From Candidatus Bathyarchaeota archaeon (GTDB lineage Archaea > Thermoproteota > Bathyarchaeia > 40CM-2-53-6): DNA of 64,000 bases. The notes under the pieces are model-generated. The model was given only the letters and a program-made list of their open reading frames with translations. It was not told the DNA's origin and did no database searches. Position numbers and translations under genes: made by a program. Below, in pieces: positions 62,655-64,000 of this stretch (position 1 is the first letter of the stretch; every line of letters starts with the position of its first letter). Location of the stretch: positions 128,001 through 192,000 of the forward strand of contig CAWHWX010000019.1 in assembly GCA_963833125.1 (NCBI GenBank), in the 5' to 3' direction.

Positions 62655-64000
62655 CTAGCTGCTATCTTTGCTCCTTGCAGTCAGAACGCTTAACGCTTCA
62701 GACGAAGTCTTCTCAACTCGCTTCTGCAATTCGTTAAGGAGATGTTCCGTTCTTTTACGATAATCCGTATCCTTAACTCCGGTCAGATTGATTGCGACGT
62801 TGGCGGTCGCGCCCTGGAATCCCGCCCGGGCTAGAAAGACGGCGGTTCGTATGTCTGAGAGCGCATTGAGATTTGCGTATTCAGCGAGGTTCCTGGCCGC
62901 GTCCAGAGTACGTGCAGCCAAGTCCGTAGTTTCAAGTGGCACTTGGGCGGCGTCCTTGAGTCGCATTTGTATCTCCGCAGATCTGGCCTGTTTGTCCGAA
63001 TCAGTTTCTTTCGGCAAACGATACGCCTTCATTACAGTAGCGAAGCTCTGCGCGTCCCGGTCTACTAGCGTGAGCGATTGAACTCGGAGTTTTTCGCTCT
63101 CTTCAAGAATTCCCTTAACTGCCGGCCAGTGTTTTTCGTATTCAGTTTTCTTCAGGGTGAGTCGGGAAACCATACTTACGAGGCTTGCCGACAAGGCAAC
63201 AGCGTAGGCCGATGCGCTTCCACCTCCTGGAACCGGTTTCTCGGAGGCAAGTTCAGAAGTGAAAGCCGCCAAGTTCATTGACACAAGTCGGTTGGATTCC
63301 GATTCCGAGAGCTTGCGTTCTAGGATTTGGTCCTTCTTGAAACTCTGAAGACGGAGATAAAACTGAGCGCTGTCAATCAAGGCTTCTGTGGGAACTAGGC
63401 CGACGATTTCGCTCTCGATAACCTGGACGCCTTGTTCCTCAGCGAGGGTTCGGATGAGCTCAAATGCTTTGAAGAGTTGGCTAGCCTTGTAATCCACCAT
63501 ATTCATTGAGACTTGGACGATGCCGCGGTCTTTCAGCTCGAACCCCAGAGCCTTTACGGCAGAAAGTCCACCGTCCTTTCCCCTGACCTGTCTGGCGATT
63601 TTCTTGGCCACGTCTAGGTTGGCAGTTCCCAGGTTCACGTTGTAAGCTATGAGTATCGGCCTAGCGCCTATCGCGGTAGCTCCGGCAGTTGGATGAATCG
63701 CGTTAGGCCCGAAGTCCGGCGTCTTATCGGGGTTTTTGCCTATTTCCTCGCGTAATCCCTCGAATTCACCCTTTCTAACGTCGGCGAGATTCCTCCTCTC
63801 GGGTCTCGTTGCCGCCTCCTCGTACAGATAGACTGGGACTTTGAATCTAGCAGCAAATTCCTTCGCAAAATCCTTCGCTAACTGGACGCATTCGTCCATT
63901 GTAACATCAGATATTGGAATGAACGGGATGACATCGACCGCTCCCATCCGAGGATGTTCGCCGTGGTGTTTGTTCAGGTCGATGAGCTCGATGGCTTTTG
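62655..64000 (-). CDS. ftcD: Glutamate formimidoyltransferase-cyclodeaminase fusion (5'-truncated by window)
   Basis: HPRMGAVDVIPF, HPTAGA, LIAYNVNL, QVSMN, PVPGGGSASA. Confidence 0.93.
   Translation of the reverse strand, partial: KAIELIDLNKHHGEHPRMGAVDVIPFIPISDVTMDECVQLAKDFAKEFAARFKVPVYLYEEAATRPERRNLADVRKGEFEGLREEIGKNPDKTPDFGPNAIHPTAGATAIGARPILIAYNVNLGTANLDVAKKIARQVRGKDGGLSAVKALGFELKDRGIVQVSMNMVDYKASQLFKAFELIRTLAEEQGVQVIESEIVGLVPTEALIDSAQFYLRLQSFKKDQILERKLSESESNRLVSMNLAAFTSELASEKPVPGGGSASAYAVALSASLVSMVSRLTLKKTEYEKHWPAVKGILEESEKLRVQSLTLVDRDAQSFATVMKAYRLPKETDSDKQARSAEIQMRLKDAAQVPLETTDLAARTLDAARNLAEYANLNALSDIRTAVFLARAGFQGATANVAINLTGVKDTDYRKRTEHLLNELQKRVEKTSSEALSVLTARSKDSS

Noticed and set aside
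143-63281. Numerous antisense and alternate-frame ORFs in the track
   Set aside because: They are shadows of well-supported genes and show no independent motifs.

Overview
This is a 64-kb archaeal chromosomal window. Marker genes include rps13/rps4/rpoD/rpl18e/rpoN, thermosome, radA, nucS, Sm, Elp3, gatDE and ether-lipid enzymes. Gene order and frequent TTG starts suggest a TACK archaeon, most plausibly Bathyarchaeia (inference). Many genes, including essential ones, are split by single frameshifts, most likely uncorrected long-read indels. In order, the window holds: (1) a phosphate/polyphosphate locus with ppx, a tandem and probably fused thymidylate-kinase-like pair resembling family-3 polyphosphate kinase, a CHAD-SixA fusion with a polybasic tail, and divergent pstSCA / pstB-phoU-AbrB/PhoU genes; (2) the ribosomal/RNAP operon running into an isoprenoid/ether-lipid cluster, in which an ERG8-type phosphomevalonate kinase and a diphosphomevalonate decarboxylase (classical, eukaryote-type mevalonate route) sit beside mvk and a class II HMG-CoA reductase; (3) a decayed accessory patch at about 28.8-32.2 kb with a MITE-like repeat, a transposase remnant, small proteins and a PEF-CTERM-like surface protein; (4) housekeeping genes (thermosome to asnS) with a second, complete MITE copy; (5) an orphan large NurA-HerA pair and a partial ftcD. 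I found no rRNA, tRNA or CRISPR array. All family calls come from motif recognition by eye, not from database searches.
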